Translations under genes and position numbers: made by a program
From: Hoeflea sp.
GTDB taxonomy: Bacteria; Pseudomonadota; Alphaproteobacteria; Rhizobiales; Rhizobiaceae
DNA length: 64,000 nucleotides
Strand: one strand, 5' to 3'
Assembly: GCF_040216675.1 (NCBI RefSeq)
Contig: NZ_JAVJOR010000005.1
Part shown: positions 1 through 10,400 of the stretch, in pieces
Position numbering within the stretch: the stretch's first letter is position 1
How the letters are laid out: each line of letters begins with the position of its first letter
The notes under the pieces: model-generated
Database searches by the model: none
Told to the model about the DNA's origin: nothing
Seen by the model: the letters and a program-made list of their open reading frames with translations, nothing else

Positions 1-168
1 AGAAATTTTGGTTCCCTTTCATGGGGTGCTCCACAGAATGTGGAGAGCTCTCCGGGTTGAGGCCTATGGACTGTCTAGACCTCGAAAACCTGCCCGATCA
101 CAGGCATGCAGCGAGAGGGTAGAAAGGGGGTAATTCCAATAACGCTCTGATAAGTCTATTTATTTTTC

Positions 169-1125
169 TCAAGCGACAAGGTCGAGCGCTTGGATTTCAA
201 GCGCAACGAGTTCGGCGTCATCTACGTTTCCAACTGCCCGAAGTTGCTCCAAATGGAATTCCAGAGCCTTACGCAGAGCTACCTCGGCATTTGGAACGCC
301 TTCAAGTCTCAACTCTCGCAGTCTTTGCACAGTGGGTCCGGAGACCGAGACCGATTTGTCGTTCTGACCATGCTCGGCAAAAGACACCGAAAGAACCATC
401 AAGGCGTTGATGTATGTGAACCGCAAGTCTGAGTGCTCATTGGCGACTTCTAGGACAGCCACCGCTTCTAAGGCAGCGTCTACCGCCTTTGCAGCTTGGG
501 AGAGTTCACCCCAGCAGTGTGAGATGAGCAACCAGCTCTCAGCAAGCTCTGCCGTCATTTCACGCTTTCCCTGCCAATCAGAAGACTTATAGAGACGAAC
601 GGCCTCGCAGCCGAACTTATAGGCGTCTTGTAGACCGCCAACTTCAAAGCTCGCTTCACCGAACAACAGATGCGCTTTTGCAAGTGACGGCTTGTGAAGT
701 TCCGGCTGCGCTCGATACAACGCTTCAAGGATGGGCAGTGCTTCGTGAGCCGCACTTTTCGCGAGCTCAAAATCTCTGGCGCTTCTGGCCAGTGTTGAGA
801 GATTGATGAGTGCGGTCCCAAAGTCTTTGCCATGCGCGCGGCCATCATCCGCATAGAGCTTCCGGCGCATCGACACAGTTCTTTGCATGTTCGACAGCGC
901 CTCTTGCGTCTCACCGCTCACAGCCTGCGCTTTGCCCAAATTGTGCAGTGCGCGTGCGAGATCAGACTCAACCACTGCCACGCTCCTTTTTCTGTATCTC
1001 TTCAAGAATGGCGACCGCCTCGGCGGCCAATTGAATAGCCTCTTCAGTTTGCCCCTTTGCCATCCTGAGATCAGCAGCGTTCGACAAGGAAATCGCGAGC
1101 CCACGATGCTCTTCGTCCGTTGCAC
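169..1125 (-). pseudogene. C-terminal TPR-repeat portion of the upstream STAND-TPR gene, in a different frame (probable frameshift fragment)
   Basis: TPR-like repeats (DLARALHNLG, FGTALINLS, LAKAHLLFG) start only after ~aa 50, next to where ORF 968-3217 stops; the first ~50 aa look like off-frame sequence. Confidence 0.6.
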
Positions 1126-3217
1126 TTTCGGCGATACGCCGCCGCAGTTTCAGCGCTTCCCGGCTCACTTTATCAGCTTGCAGTGTTTGACCAGCCCCGC
1201 TGAGACAGTTCGCATAATTGCCAAGGGAAATAGCCAACGCGCGTTTGTCTGCGTTTTTTGACCAAGGCCAAAAAGCACGTCTGCGTCGCAAGGCTATACA
1301 ACGCTCGTAGGTATCGAGTGCTTCCTCGTATCGCCCGACATTGTGAAGATTGGTTGCCAGATTGTGCAGCAGCCTCGCTTGCTCTCTGGCAGTTTCGGCT
1401 TGCTCGACAAGCGCAGATATAAGCTTGATCGCAAATGGTGCAGACAGGCTTGTGTGTTCACGGTAGGCAGCATCTTGAAAGGCTTCTACGCCCCCATGGT
1501 CTGCGTCGAGCATCCCCAGCATAAGTTGGTCCAATGCCTGACGATAACGCTCCCCATGAATTGAAACATCGAATAACAATCGGCCCACAACCGCGCCGAC
1601 ATCCGCACCATGCGGGCTCATGACGAAAACCAACCATTCGGGCAGACGAGAAATCTTGGCGTTCATCAGGGTGAGCGCCAGAAACGTGACCGCAATCCGG
1701 TCGGGGGAGAGCTTCTCCAAGACGCCGTCTTGTGTATTATCCTCGGCAATCCACCACGGTGTTTTGGCAAGAGCATCAATGAGCGCCTGACCCTGAAGGT
1801 CGAGAGGCAACCCATTGTCGCGGAGTATTTCTATATCTGACTGGTTCAGACCCTCTTGTGAAAATGTGGCCAACGCCAAAAGCCGCTCAAGGCCGAATTC
1901 TCCAAGACCGACGTTCTTTGAGTAAGCGCGAACCCGATCAATCTCGATTTCTGCCAGCGCTTCCAGAATTTCAGGGCCGTTCAGACCGAAAGCATCATTC
2001 GGCATCAAGAAGGCATGGACAGCAGCAGCAGTCGCAAAAAGCGGGAGACGATGCTTCTCGTCCAACTCTAGCCACTTCCACGCATGATCTGACAACTGAA
2101 TTTTCGTGTCAGTGATCTCAACGAGTTTTTTGAAAGCTTGGCTTACAAGAGCATGGGCGTCTTCGACAACCAGCGCGCTTGTTGCATTGGCTGACTGAAC
2201 CGAAAATCGATGCCCCAACGTTGTCGATGCATGCCTCCAGTGCGTTTCATCCAAGCGAGACAGCAACAATATGCGGACACTGACATGGGCCTGTGATCTG
2301 TCGCGCAGGCCGTCAATCAGGGCCTGCACAAACCCCATGCGTTCTTCAGGGTAGTCGATGATGAGCAACACGCCGTCCATTGGCGTGAAGAAAGTGGTGA
2401 CCCCATCGCAATCTTTGCCCAAAAATCCAGCGTTCCACTTTTGGCCTTGCTCGTTCAACCGAGAAACAAGCTCAGAGGCAAGACGCGTCTTTCCAGAACC
2501 GCCAACCCCGCTGAGCAGCCGCATTGAAAGCTCCCCCGGCGAGGCTTTCGCCCACTCGGTCAGAGCTCCCATGTCCGCATTGCGGCCTATCAAGTCGGTC
2601 AGAGCATATCGCCAAGACAGCGCCTTTGCGGGGCTAGGTTGCCCCGCATCGAGAATGGAGCCCAACGGATCGGAGAGTGTCGCTAGGTTTGCTGCCTCTT
2701 CATTACAGCTGAACAGCAACGGACCGATATTGAAGTCACGCTCGTCACGAACCAGAGGGGTGTATTCGTCGCGCGTGAGGTTGAAACGGACATGGAAAGG
2801 TTGGCCAAAAACGGCTTTGTCAATCTGGGCGGCAAATGGCAAGCGCGTATCGTCCCGATGAAACCAATAGTAGATTGCAATTGTGAAATCCCAATCGCCC
2901 CTACCATCGCCTTTTCGAAGCTGTTTATATCTTTCGAGAGACCTTCCAACCGGGTCTTCCTCTCCTTCTCTCTGCCTTGTCCTTGGATTCAGACCGGTCT
3001 CCAGCGCGACCAAAACGAAGATGCGGTGAACCTTTTCAGCCTCTCCTTTGATTTCGGGGCCTTCAGGATGTCTAAAGCTGTTACGATTCTTGTAGTTTTG
3101 AACTTGCTTATAGATTGCCGCGAAGAGAGTCCGACGATTCTCAGTTTCATGCGGTGTATTCTTGTCGTCGATATGCTCTACAAGTGTAGCAAACTCTTGG
3201 AAACCCAGACGAAGCAC
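968..3217 (-). CDS. STAND-like P-loop NTPase with C-terminal TPR repeats and an unassigned ~200-aa N-terminal domain
   Basis: Walker A GVGGSGKT, Walker B LLIIDYPE, downstream LLLLSR, TPRs (ARLLHNLA, LAISLGNYA, LAISLSNAA). Confidence 0.7.
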   Translation of the reverse strand: MLRLGFQEFATLVEHIDDKNTPHETENRRTLFAAIYKQVQNYKNRNSFRHPEGPEIKGEAEKVHRIFVLVALETGLNPRTRQREGEEDPVGRSLERYKQLRKGDGRGDWDFTIAIYYWFHRDDTRLPFAAQIDKAVFGQPFHVRFNLTRDEYTPLVRDERDFNIGPLLFSCNEEAANLATLSDPLGSILDAGQPSPAKALSWRYALTDLIGRNADMGALTEWAKASPGELSMRLLSGVGGSGKTRLASELVSRLNEQGQKWNAGFLGKDCDGVTTFFTPMDGVLLIIDYPEERMGFVQALIDGLRDRSQAHVSVRILLLSRLDETHWRHASTTLGHRFSVQSANATSALVVEDAHALVSQAFKKLVEITDTKIQLSDHAWKWLELDEKHRLPLFATAAAVHAFLMPNDAFGLNGPEILEALAEIEIDRVRAYSKNVGLGEFGLERLLALATFSQEGLNQSDIEILRDNGLPLDLQGQALIDALAKTPWWIAEDNTQDGVLEKLSPDRIAVTFLALTLMNAKISRLPEWLVFVMSPHGADVGAVVGRLLFDVSIHGERYRQALDQLMLGMLDADHGGVEAFQDAAYREHTSLSAPFAIKLISALVEQAETAREQARLLHNLATNLHNVGRYEEALDTYERCIALRRRRAFWPWSKNADKRALAISLGNYANCLSGAGQTLQADKVSREALKLRRRIAESATDEEHRGLAISLSNAADLRMAKGQTEEAIQLAAEAVAILEEIQKKERGSG

Positions 3218-3266
3218 ACATTAGCCTCACAGCTAGCAAAATACCGATATTTCGATGATAGCAGTT

Positions 3267-3851
3267 TCAATCTGGAGGCGGAATGCCTAACTCTTCGTAG
3301 GCATCCAAGTCTGGCTTTCCGTGTCTATGGTACTCTACGTGATAGACCTCTCCGGTCTGTGCATCCCGGTGAATGACGGCAGGACCTTTCTCCCGGTGAA
3401 GATTGTCTTCGAACCAATATTCTTCCCTCACCACAACGCCGGTTTGCGGGTCTATCACTAACCAGGCCGGTCGATCCCCATCGCGATGCATTCGCTCATT
3501 TGCATCCCAAATCTGCAGCGTTACGGCTCCAGACTCTGCATTACGAGCAATGGTCGAAGGGGCCTCTGGGTCGCCATTGGCTCCATCTTTCCACTCTTCG
3601 TAGGTGACGACGCCAGATTCGGGGTCGATTGACATTGTTGCTAAGCCATCTTCCCGGTAACTGATTGAGTCATCCTTGTAATACGTTAGCCCAATCAGCT
3701 CGCCGCTCTCTACACTAAACTCCTGCACCGCCGGCCCACCGACGCGATGTAGTTGTCCACCCTCATTGAACCATCTTTCGGCAATGATATTCCCGGTTTT
3801 TGAATCGCGCTCGATCTCAACTTGATATTTCTCTTTATTCGTGAATTCCAT
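3267..3851 (-). CDS. MORN/YwqK-like beta-hairpin repeat protein
   Basis: Repeated units LHRVGGPAV, SYREDGLAT, MHRDGDRPA, LHREKGPAV, each followed by GxVxxEEW/Y. Confidence 0.6.
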   Translation of the reverse strand: MEFTNKEKYQVEIERDSKTGNIIAERWFNEGGQLHRVGGPAVQEFSVESGELIGLTYYKDDSISYREDGLATMSIDPESGVVTYEEWKDGANGDPEAPSTIARNAESGAVTLQIWDANERMHRDGDRPAWLVIDPQTGVVVREEYWFEDNLHREKGPAVIHRDAQTGEVYHVEYHRHGKPDLDAYEELGIPPPD

Positions 3852-3965
3852 ATACGATTAACATAGTAAAACATGTTTAAAAATTAGTTAAATTGACGAT
3901 TTAATCAAATTTGTATTTCAGTATAAATTTCTGTAAAATAGTATAAGTAAATTGTATGAGGGTGT

Positions 3966-4715
3966 ATGCGCAGCTATCTTGCTGATTTTAATGACAGATC
4001 ACGCGATCTATCCGCTGAGCGTCAAGCCATTGAGCTTGATGGTCTGAACGCTGCGCGCTCTGGTTTCGACAATGGCCGCAATGCGGGGCAACTGGCTGCC
4101 CTTGGCTCGGATGCCCTTCCGATCAACAAGCGCGACAAAGATGCGGGCAGCGATGCGTTGGACATCATTCTGACCACAATCGCCTATGAAGAATTGCTCT
4201 CGCGCACCTATGGGCGCTTGGGCGAAGCAGAAGCCGCCGTTGAAGACTTGATCACGCTGGCGACCGAACGCTTTGAAGCAGAACAAACCCGACTTGACGA
4301 TCTGGAGGCGCAGGCTGCGCAATTGCCGGATGGAACGCGGGTGGCTCGCGCAGAAGACGGTCATATCTATGCCATCGAAAGTGGGCGCAGGATCGCGGAC
4401 GAAGATGCCGCGACGATCATCTGGCGCGGTAACGAGCCGGACCTTGAAACCATCCAAGCCCAACAGGATCGAACCGATGCCGCTCTTGATGTTTTGGATC
4501 GCGCCCGCACAAACGAAATTCGCTTAGGCGATATTCGCGAAGAACTGTCCGATCAGCCGAGCCGCGAGCGCGTGCACGAGTTGGAAGACGAAATCAACGG
4601 CATTCAACGTGAAACACAGATCGCGCTTGATCAAATTGACGGGTATAGTGTTTCGCAAACCAATGAAGCTGTTCGACCGGAGGCTACCGCAGCTGCAGCA
4701 ATCCCGGAGATCTAG
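3966..4715 (+). CDS. Hypothetical acidic coiled-coil protein
   Basis: 249-aa ORF, GAGGG Shine-Dalgarno-like sequence before ATG, helical heptad-rich sequence. Confidence 0.65.
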   Translation: MRSYLADFNDRSRDLSAERQAIELDGLNAARSGFDNGRNAGQLAALGSDALPINKRDKDAGSDALDIILTTIAYEELLSRTYGRLGEAEAAVEDLITLATERFEAEQTRLDDLEAQAAQLPDGTRVARAEDGHIYAIESGRRIADEDAATIIWRGNEPDLETIQAQQDRTDAALDVLDRARTNEIRLGDIREELSDQPSRERVHELEDEINGIQRETQIALDQIDGYSVSQTNEAVRPEATAAAAIPEI

Positions 4716-4721
4716 TAGCAG

Positions 4722-5078
4722 TCATTCCGCGCGCGAAAACTTCCCACAAGCCTTCTCGACGACCGCGAGAATGATCGCTTCCGGCAAATAATTCGGGAAT
4801 TTCCGCATCGTCTCCAAAGCTTCGTTGTGTCTCAGACGCCTGTTTTCTTCCCTTCCGAGATACCACGTGTCGATACATCTCGCGATCTCGGGCTGGGTTT
4901 GCGCGGCAATAACCCCAATCATCACAATCCCGTTGCCGATGTAGGCATTTTGAGCCGAAGCATCCCATGACAAGAATTCTGCCATTTGCTTTGAGGGTTC
5001 AGGCTGGCTTTGTGCATACCCTTGTGTGGCAGAAAACGCGATCAGGCTTGCCAGCGCTAGTGTCTTTACTTGTAACAT
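4722..5078 (-). CDS. Small exported protein with signal peptide and a Cys pair (Rap1a-like size and pattern, tentative)
   Basis: N-terminus MLQVKTLALASLIAFSATQGYAQ; Cys in ARCIDTW and EKACG. Confidence 0.55.
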   Translation of the reverse strand: MLQVKTLALASLIAFSATQGYAQSQPEPSKQMAEFLSWDASAQNAYIGNGIVMIGVIAAQTQPEIARCIDTWYLGREENRRLRHNEALETMRKFPNYLPEAIILAVVEKACGKFSRAE

Positions 5079-5198
5079 TGTCGATCAATTCTGTTACAAG
5101 AAAGGCAAAATCCGATGGATACATCAAAAACCGCATGTTCTGACTCATTTCCGCCCTTTTGGCGGTCTGAAATCAGCATTCACCGCTTAAAACACGCC

Positions 5199-5224
5199 GT
5201 CACGAAAAGGATCGTTATTGCGAC
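5199..5224. promoter_or_regulatory. Possible resolvase binding (res-like) site
   Basis: Imperfect inverted repeat gtcacgaaaagg-at-cgttattgcgac, 30 bp upstream of the resolvase gene. Confidence 0.35.
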
Positions 5225-5254
5225 CACCAAACGGGATCGATTTGGAGGGCGGCG

Positions 5255-5833
5255 ATGTTGATCAACCCATTGGAAGGCCGGACAGGGCGCATCTATGGCT
5301 ATGCGCGCGTGTCCACGAAAGACCAGCGCCTTCGCGCCCAACGGGATGCGCTCAAAGCCATAGGCGTAGACAAGATTTTCGAAGACAAAGCGAGCGGGGC
5401 AAAGGCCAGCCGCAAGGGGCTGGATCAGATGATTTCCGTTCTGAAACCCGGCGATACGGTAATCACCTTTCGGCTCGACCGCATGGGCCGCAGCGTTTTG
5501 AACCTCGCGGAGTTACTCCGGCACTTTGAGCAGCACGGTATCGGCTTTGTGTCTCTGACGGAAGGCATTGATACCAGCACGCCAAGCGGCAAGCTGGTGT
5601 TCAACATTCTGGCCGCGATTGCCGAGATGCAGCGCGAGGTGATCGCGGAGAACACACGCAGCGGTCTTCAGGCCGCGCGCAAGGCCGGAAAACGTCTTGG
5701 CCGCCCGCCCGCAATGACAGATCAGCAGATCATCGAAGCCAAGCGGATGATTAAAGGCAATCGCTATTCCAGAGCGCAAATTGCCAGCCGTTTCGGTGTT
5801 TCCCGGATGACCCTGTATCGGTCTGTGGCTTGA
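5255..5833 (+). CDS. Small serine recombinase (resolvase/invertase family) with C-terminal HTH
   Basis: IYGYARVSTKDQ catalytic motif, RLDRMGRS, ENTRSGL, GKRLGRP, HTH IASRFGVSRMTLYR. Confidence 0.95.
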   Translation: MLINPLEGRTGRIYGYARVSTKDQRLRAQRDALKAIGVDKIFEDKASGAKASRKGLDQMISVLKPGDTVITFRLDRMGRSVLNLAELLRHFEQHGIGFVSLTEGIDTSTPSGKLVFNILAAIAEMQREVIAENTRSGLQAARKAGKRLGRPPAMTDQQIIEAKRMIKGNRYSRAQIASRFGVSRMTLYRSVA

Positions 5834-5842
5834 ACAGGAAAT

Positions 5843-5879
5843 GGGCGACCTTGCACGCTGACTAGCGGCAAGATCGCCC
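5843..5879. terminator. GC-rich hairpin between convergent genes
   Basis: gggcgaccttgc ... gcaagatcgccc (11/12 pairs) with inner cgct/agcg stem; no U-tract. Confidence 0.4.
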
Positions 5880-5885
5880 GCGTTA

Positions 5886-6341
5886 TCACTTGAGCATATG
5901 AACTTTCGGCAGGAGGCCTTCGGGCAGATGACATGTTGGATCGAAGGCTACGATTTCAGCGATGATTGCCCTAAAAGCGTCGGATTCAATGAGGCTGGTT
6001 TCTGGCGGCTCGCCGTAAACCTCGCAATACGCTTCATAGACATTGAAGATTGACCGCATGGCTTCGAGACGTTCGCCGACATTATGCCGCCCAAACATTT
6101 TCGGTAGAGGATAGTCTTCCGTGGCTGATTCAAAAAAGTGCTCTGCCAATCGCCATAAAACTGGAAAATGCTTGTCCCGGTACCGGGTACGGTAGTTCGG
6201 GTGCATTAGGTAGGCGACATGTTTGTCCAGCTCTGAGGTCCAATAGGTGTAGAGCAGACCTTGCGATAGGCTTTTTGCCCTTTTTTCAAATGTATATTGA
6301 TGGATGAGTGGGCGTAGCCAAGTAGGTATTTTTATCCGCAT
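5886..6341 (-). CDS. Hypothetical protein
   Basis: 151-aa ORF, GAGGAG upstream, no recognisable motif. Confidence 0.55.
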   Translation of the reverse strand: MRIKIPTWLRPLIHQYTFEKRAKSLSQGLLYTYWTSELDKHVAYLMHPNYRTRYRDKHFPVLWRLAEHFFESATEDYPLPKMFGRHNVGERLEAMRSIFNVYEAYCEVYGEPPETSLIESDAFRAIIAEIVAFDPTCHLPEGLLPKVHMLK

Positions 6342-6959
6342 TTCGCGCTCCTCTGTGAGATGAGCTGAGAAGTTTCAGCCAAGACAGAGAACGCGTTTGA
6401 TGATGTGGTGTTGGGCGGTCTTATGGGCAGAACTTTGGGTTGTTTTGGGTTTGGTCAGATTGGGGTCAGTGAGCCGGGTCAGTTAGGTGTCATCGGTGAT
6501 ACAGATACAGCCTGTTGTGCATTTCTAACGAAGGCAAGATGTGTGCTGTCATACAGCACATCTTGTACTCCGATCATTGCATGACCTCCGGCAAGGGAGA
6601 CGCTGCGCTCTCCCGTTGCATCCCTCTTGCTTTATGCCATCCTTCGGCATCGAGCCTATGTACGCCATTTGAACTGCGAGAATTGTATCGCAGCATTTCT
6701 GCACCATCCGTCTCCCACGGCCTATCGACATCACGCCATCATTCATTCATGTGTTAATCACCGCCCGTTTTGTTGCTCAGGTATCCCGATATGAGAAACG
6801 GAGCGTTGCTTTAGCGCTCCGCATCAATGGCCCACTAGGTGGATTTGTTTGAACGATGTGCGCAAACACTTGCGGAATATAGTGCGAACTTACGCTTGAC
6901 CCGTGGCACACCCTCATCCATAGTGGGGTTAACAACACCCATAAATGGGGCAGGGTAAC

Positions 6960-7424
6960 ATGCATTACACACCGGGACAGCTTCGAGACACAGTTGGCCT
7001 TTCCAAAGAGGCTTTTCGCCACTGGAAGCGTGTTGTTCCTGCATTCGCAAACGGACGGGGACACGCACCAAGCTTTTCACCCGGGGATGTTCTCGCGTCC
7101 TCAGTTTTGAGGCGGCTCACTGATACGGTAGGTGTGCGGATCGGGCATCTTTCGACAGTCGCTCCTGCCATTTTCGAAATCTGTAATGATTCGGCATTGG
7201 ATGAACTGAGAGGCAAAAGCCTCGTGATTGATCTGGAAAAGCGCTCATGCGTTTTGGTCGACGATCCAACTCTTTCTGCGGGCGAGCTTTTCGTCGTGTG
7301 CGCGCTCACTCCGTTGATCGAAACGCTCAAGTTCGATCTTCTCAATTCACCCGTCGCAAATGACGCCAAAGGGGGGCGTTCAGTTCACAAAGGCGATCAT
7401 GTGCAGAAAGTAGGCGGACAATGA
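6960..7424 (+). CDS. MerR-like HTH DNA-binding protein
   Basis: MHYTPGQLRDTVGLSKEAFRHWKR resembles a MerR/excisionase winged HTH; stop overlaps the next start (ATGA). Confidence 0.6.
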   Translation: MHYTPGQLRDTVGLSKEAFRHWKRVVPAFANGRGHAPSFSPGDVLASSVLRRLTDTVGVRIGHLSTVAPAIFEICNDSALDELRGKSLVIDLEKRSCVLVDDPTLSAGELFVVCALTPLIETLKFDLLNSPVANDAKGGRSVHKGDHVQKVGGQ

Positions 7425-10400
7425 CGGTTGCCCAGTCGCGCCCGCTCGATAATACATGGAAAGCACGCCTTGATCTGGTGGGGCGCAGCGCACCTGAATT
7501 GTACGAGAGTGTCGATGCTGTTCGCAACAGTCCACACGCGGGGGCTATTAGAGCCACGCTCGAAGGACTTGGCGCATCGGCTGTGTTTTGTGTTCAGGGT
7601 GTCCCGACTATCGTCATTCTAAGCCTTGACGAATATGAACGAGACACGGTCGTCAGTCTTCATGCCGCTCTTTGGAATCAGGGCTTGGCCAGCTTGTTAC
7701 TGGTCATGGCCGATGACTTCGTACGAGCCTTTTCACTTTCTCGAACGCCTTATTCAAACCCCGGAGAGGAATTTGAGCGCCGTTGCCTTATCGATACTCT
7801 GAACGCAACGGTTGATGCGCTCGCTCTAAAGAACATTATCTACGGAGCTGAATCCGGGCGCTTCTGGGAAGAACACGCGGAATACTTTAATCCAAAGGAA
7901 CGCGTCGATCAGGTTTTGCTCGAAAACCTAACCAGCTCTCACGATCTGCTTTGCGAAGGAAACCTGTCGTCCGACGCGGCTCAAGCTTTGCTCATCCAAA
8001 CGATGTTTATTGCCTATCTTGAGGATCGGCAGATAATCCGTGGTGACTATTTCAAAGCGGCATCAGAAAATCAGAGCGGACACTTTTCTACTCTTCTGCA
8101 ATCGGGTAGCGTTGCGGCGCTCAATAATCTCTTTGCGTCTCTAAGAGACGATTTTAATGGCGATCTGTTTGTCGCTCCATGTTCATTCGAACCTAACGCA
8201 AGGCCACCACGCATAGATCGCAGCCACTTGAGTGTGCTGGCGCGCTTTCGTACCGGACAAGAGGAAATGAACGCGGGGCAGCTCCGTTTTTGGGGTTACA
8301 ATTTCAAACATATTCCCATCGAATTGATCAGCGCGGTCTATGACCGTTTTCTTGGAGAACGCGAGGCTGAGCGGCGCAAACATGGGGCATACTACACGCC
8401 GATGTTCCTCGCAGATACCGTTGTATCGCAGGTTTGGGATGCCTTGCCGCCCACCATCAAAGGAAAAGGTGATTTCCTCGATCCGGCCTGCGGGTCAGGC
8501 GTTTTTCTTGTTCGCTCGTTTCAACGCCTGTGTGAGCATTGGCGGGAAAAACACGATGCCCGAACCATCCGCTGGGATAGCCTCAAGAATATCCTGTTGC
8601 GACTTCATGGCTGGGACTTAAATGGCGGTGCGGTACGTGTCGCCGTTTTCTCACTGTATATCGCCTTACTGGAACAGGTCAGCCCGCCAGACATACGCTT
8701 GTTGATCAAGCGCGGAAAAGTCCTGCCTGAGCTTTGGGGGCACACGCTCAAATGTCAGGACTTTTTTACTGTCGATCCTGAGGGCGCTCCTGTTGACGTT
8801 GTGATTGGCAATCCGCCTTGGACAAGCCGTCGAGGTCCGAACCGCTCTTCCACACGATGGTGTGCGGAACATCGCCTTCCAATGCCAGGGAAAGAAGATG
8901 CATGGGCTTTCACTTGGAAATCCATCCGTCATCTGCGTCCTGACGGAGTGATCGCTTTTCTGTTGCCGGCAATGGGTTTCTTGCACAACCACGCAGACAC
9001 ATCCGTTGATGCCCGTAACAAGCTCATATCGACAACGCGCATCAAGCGTATCGTGAACTTTGCTGATTTGAGGTTTCAGCTCTTTGACGGCGCTATCAGA
9101 CCTGCGGCCCTCGTAATTTTTGGGAAGGCCGATGTGGAGCACTCTGCCTATAGGTTTGAGTACTGGGCGCCGAAAGCAGATCTGAACTTAAAAGTGAAGC
9201 GCCTGATTACGCTCAGCAACGCAGACAAGAGCTTTATCACGTCAAGGAGTGCTCTCGACGATCCCCTTGTTTTTAAACGTCGCCTTTGGATTAGCGAGCC
9301 GGATGCAAAACTATTTAATTATCTGTCCAATCTACCCAAACTCGGGAGTTTGATCGAAGAATATGGAACGGCAAAACGAGCTGGACAGTTACCCGCCGAT
9401 ACTTGGCTAATTGGACAGGGATTCAAGCCAGCAAACGTTGAACGTCTAACCGACCCGAACTATGATTATGAACACAGTGACTTGGTGGCGCAAACACCAT
9501 ATGTCGCTATCGGCGACTTCAAGGTGCTTGCACTGGCGAGCGGCGGCCTCAAACCGTGGCGAAATGGGGACGTGCATCGCAAGGGCTTTCAAGAAGGCTT
9601 CCAAGGACCACGCATATTGGTGCCCCGTGGTGTGAGTATGGCCCAGATGCGTTTGCGGGCGTCTTATGTAGAAGACGCGATAACGTTCCAAGATATTCTT
9701 CAAGCAATTGTTCTGCCTAGGGGTCAAGAGCATCGAGGAAAACTTCTGGCAGCGCTACTGAACAGCAAGGTGGCAATTTGGTACGCCTTTCATGGCACGG
9801 CGTCTTTTGGCTCAGACCGGCCGGAGGTAAAACAGGCTGAGTTGATGCGGCTACCTTTCCCGCAGCCTGAAGATTTACCTGAACCAGATCGTGCACGCAA
9901 AGGCGCGAAGGAACTGGTTTCTATCATCGATGAGGCGCTGGCCTCTGCACAGGACGGCTTTACGCTTCAAAGCGATGACTCTGGCATCCTTAGCAAAGTC
10001 GATGAACATGCATATGATTATTTCTGCTTGTCACCGGACGAAATTACCCTCGTTGAGGATGCTGTCGAATATATCCTTCCATCAGTCCAACCCCATCGGG
10101 GCAGCTTTCCCGAAATCTGGAAAACAACAACTGAAAGAGAGAGAGGGCTGTATGCTCAGGCACTAGTCCGAGCACTTGATGATTGGTTCGACCGGGATCA
10201 AGTCGTCAATGTTCGCCTTGAGGCGCATAACAGCGACCTCGCAATCCTAAGACTCAAACTCAGCCCGAAGAATAAGGAAGCCCCGTACACTGAACGTGGC
10301 GATCCTGCTGTGCGCGATTTGCTGGCCGAGCTTTTTTCGAACATGCATCAACCACTGCCCGGAAACTTCCAACTTATGCCGGACTTCAGAATCTTTCAGG

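Noticed and set aside
6400-6500. G/T-skewed stretch (gggttgttttgggtttggtcagattggggtcag) as a G-quadruplex or origin
   Set aside because: Irregular G-runs and no repeat structure; insufficient support
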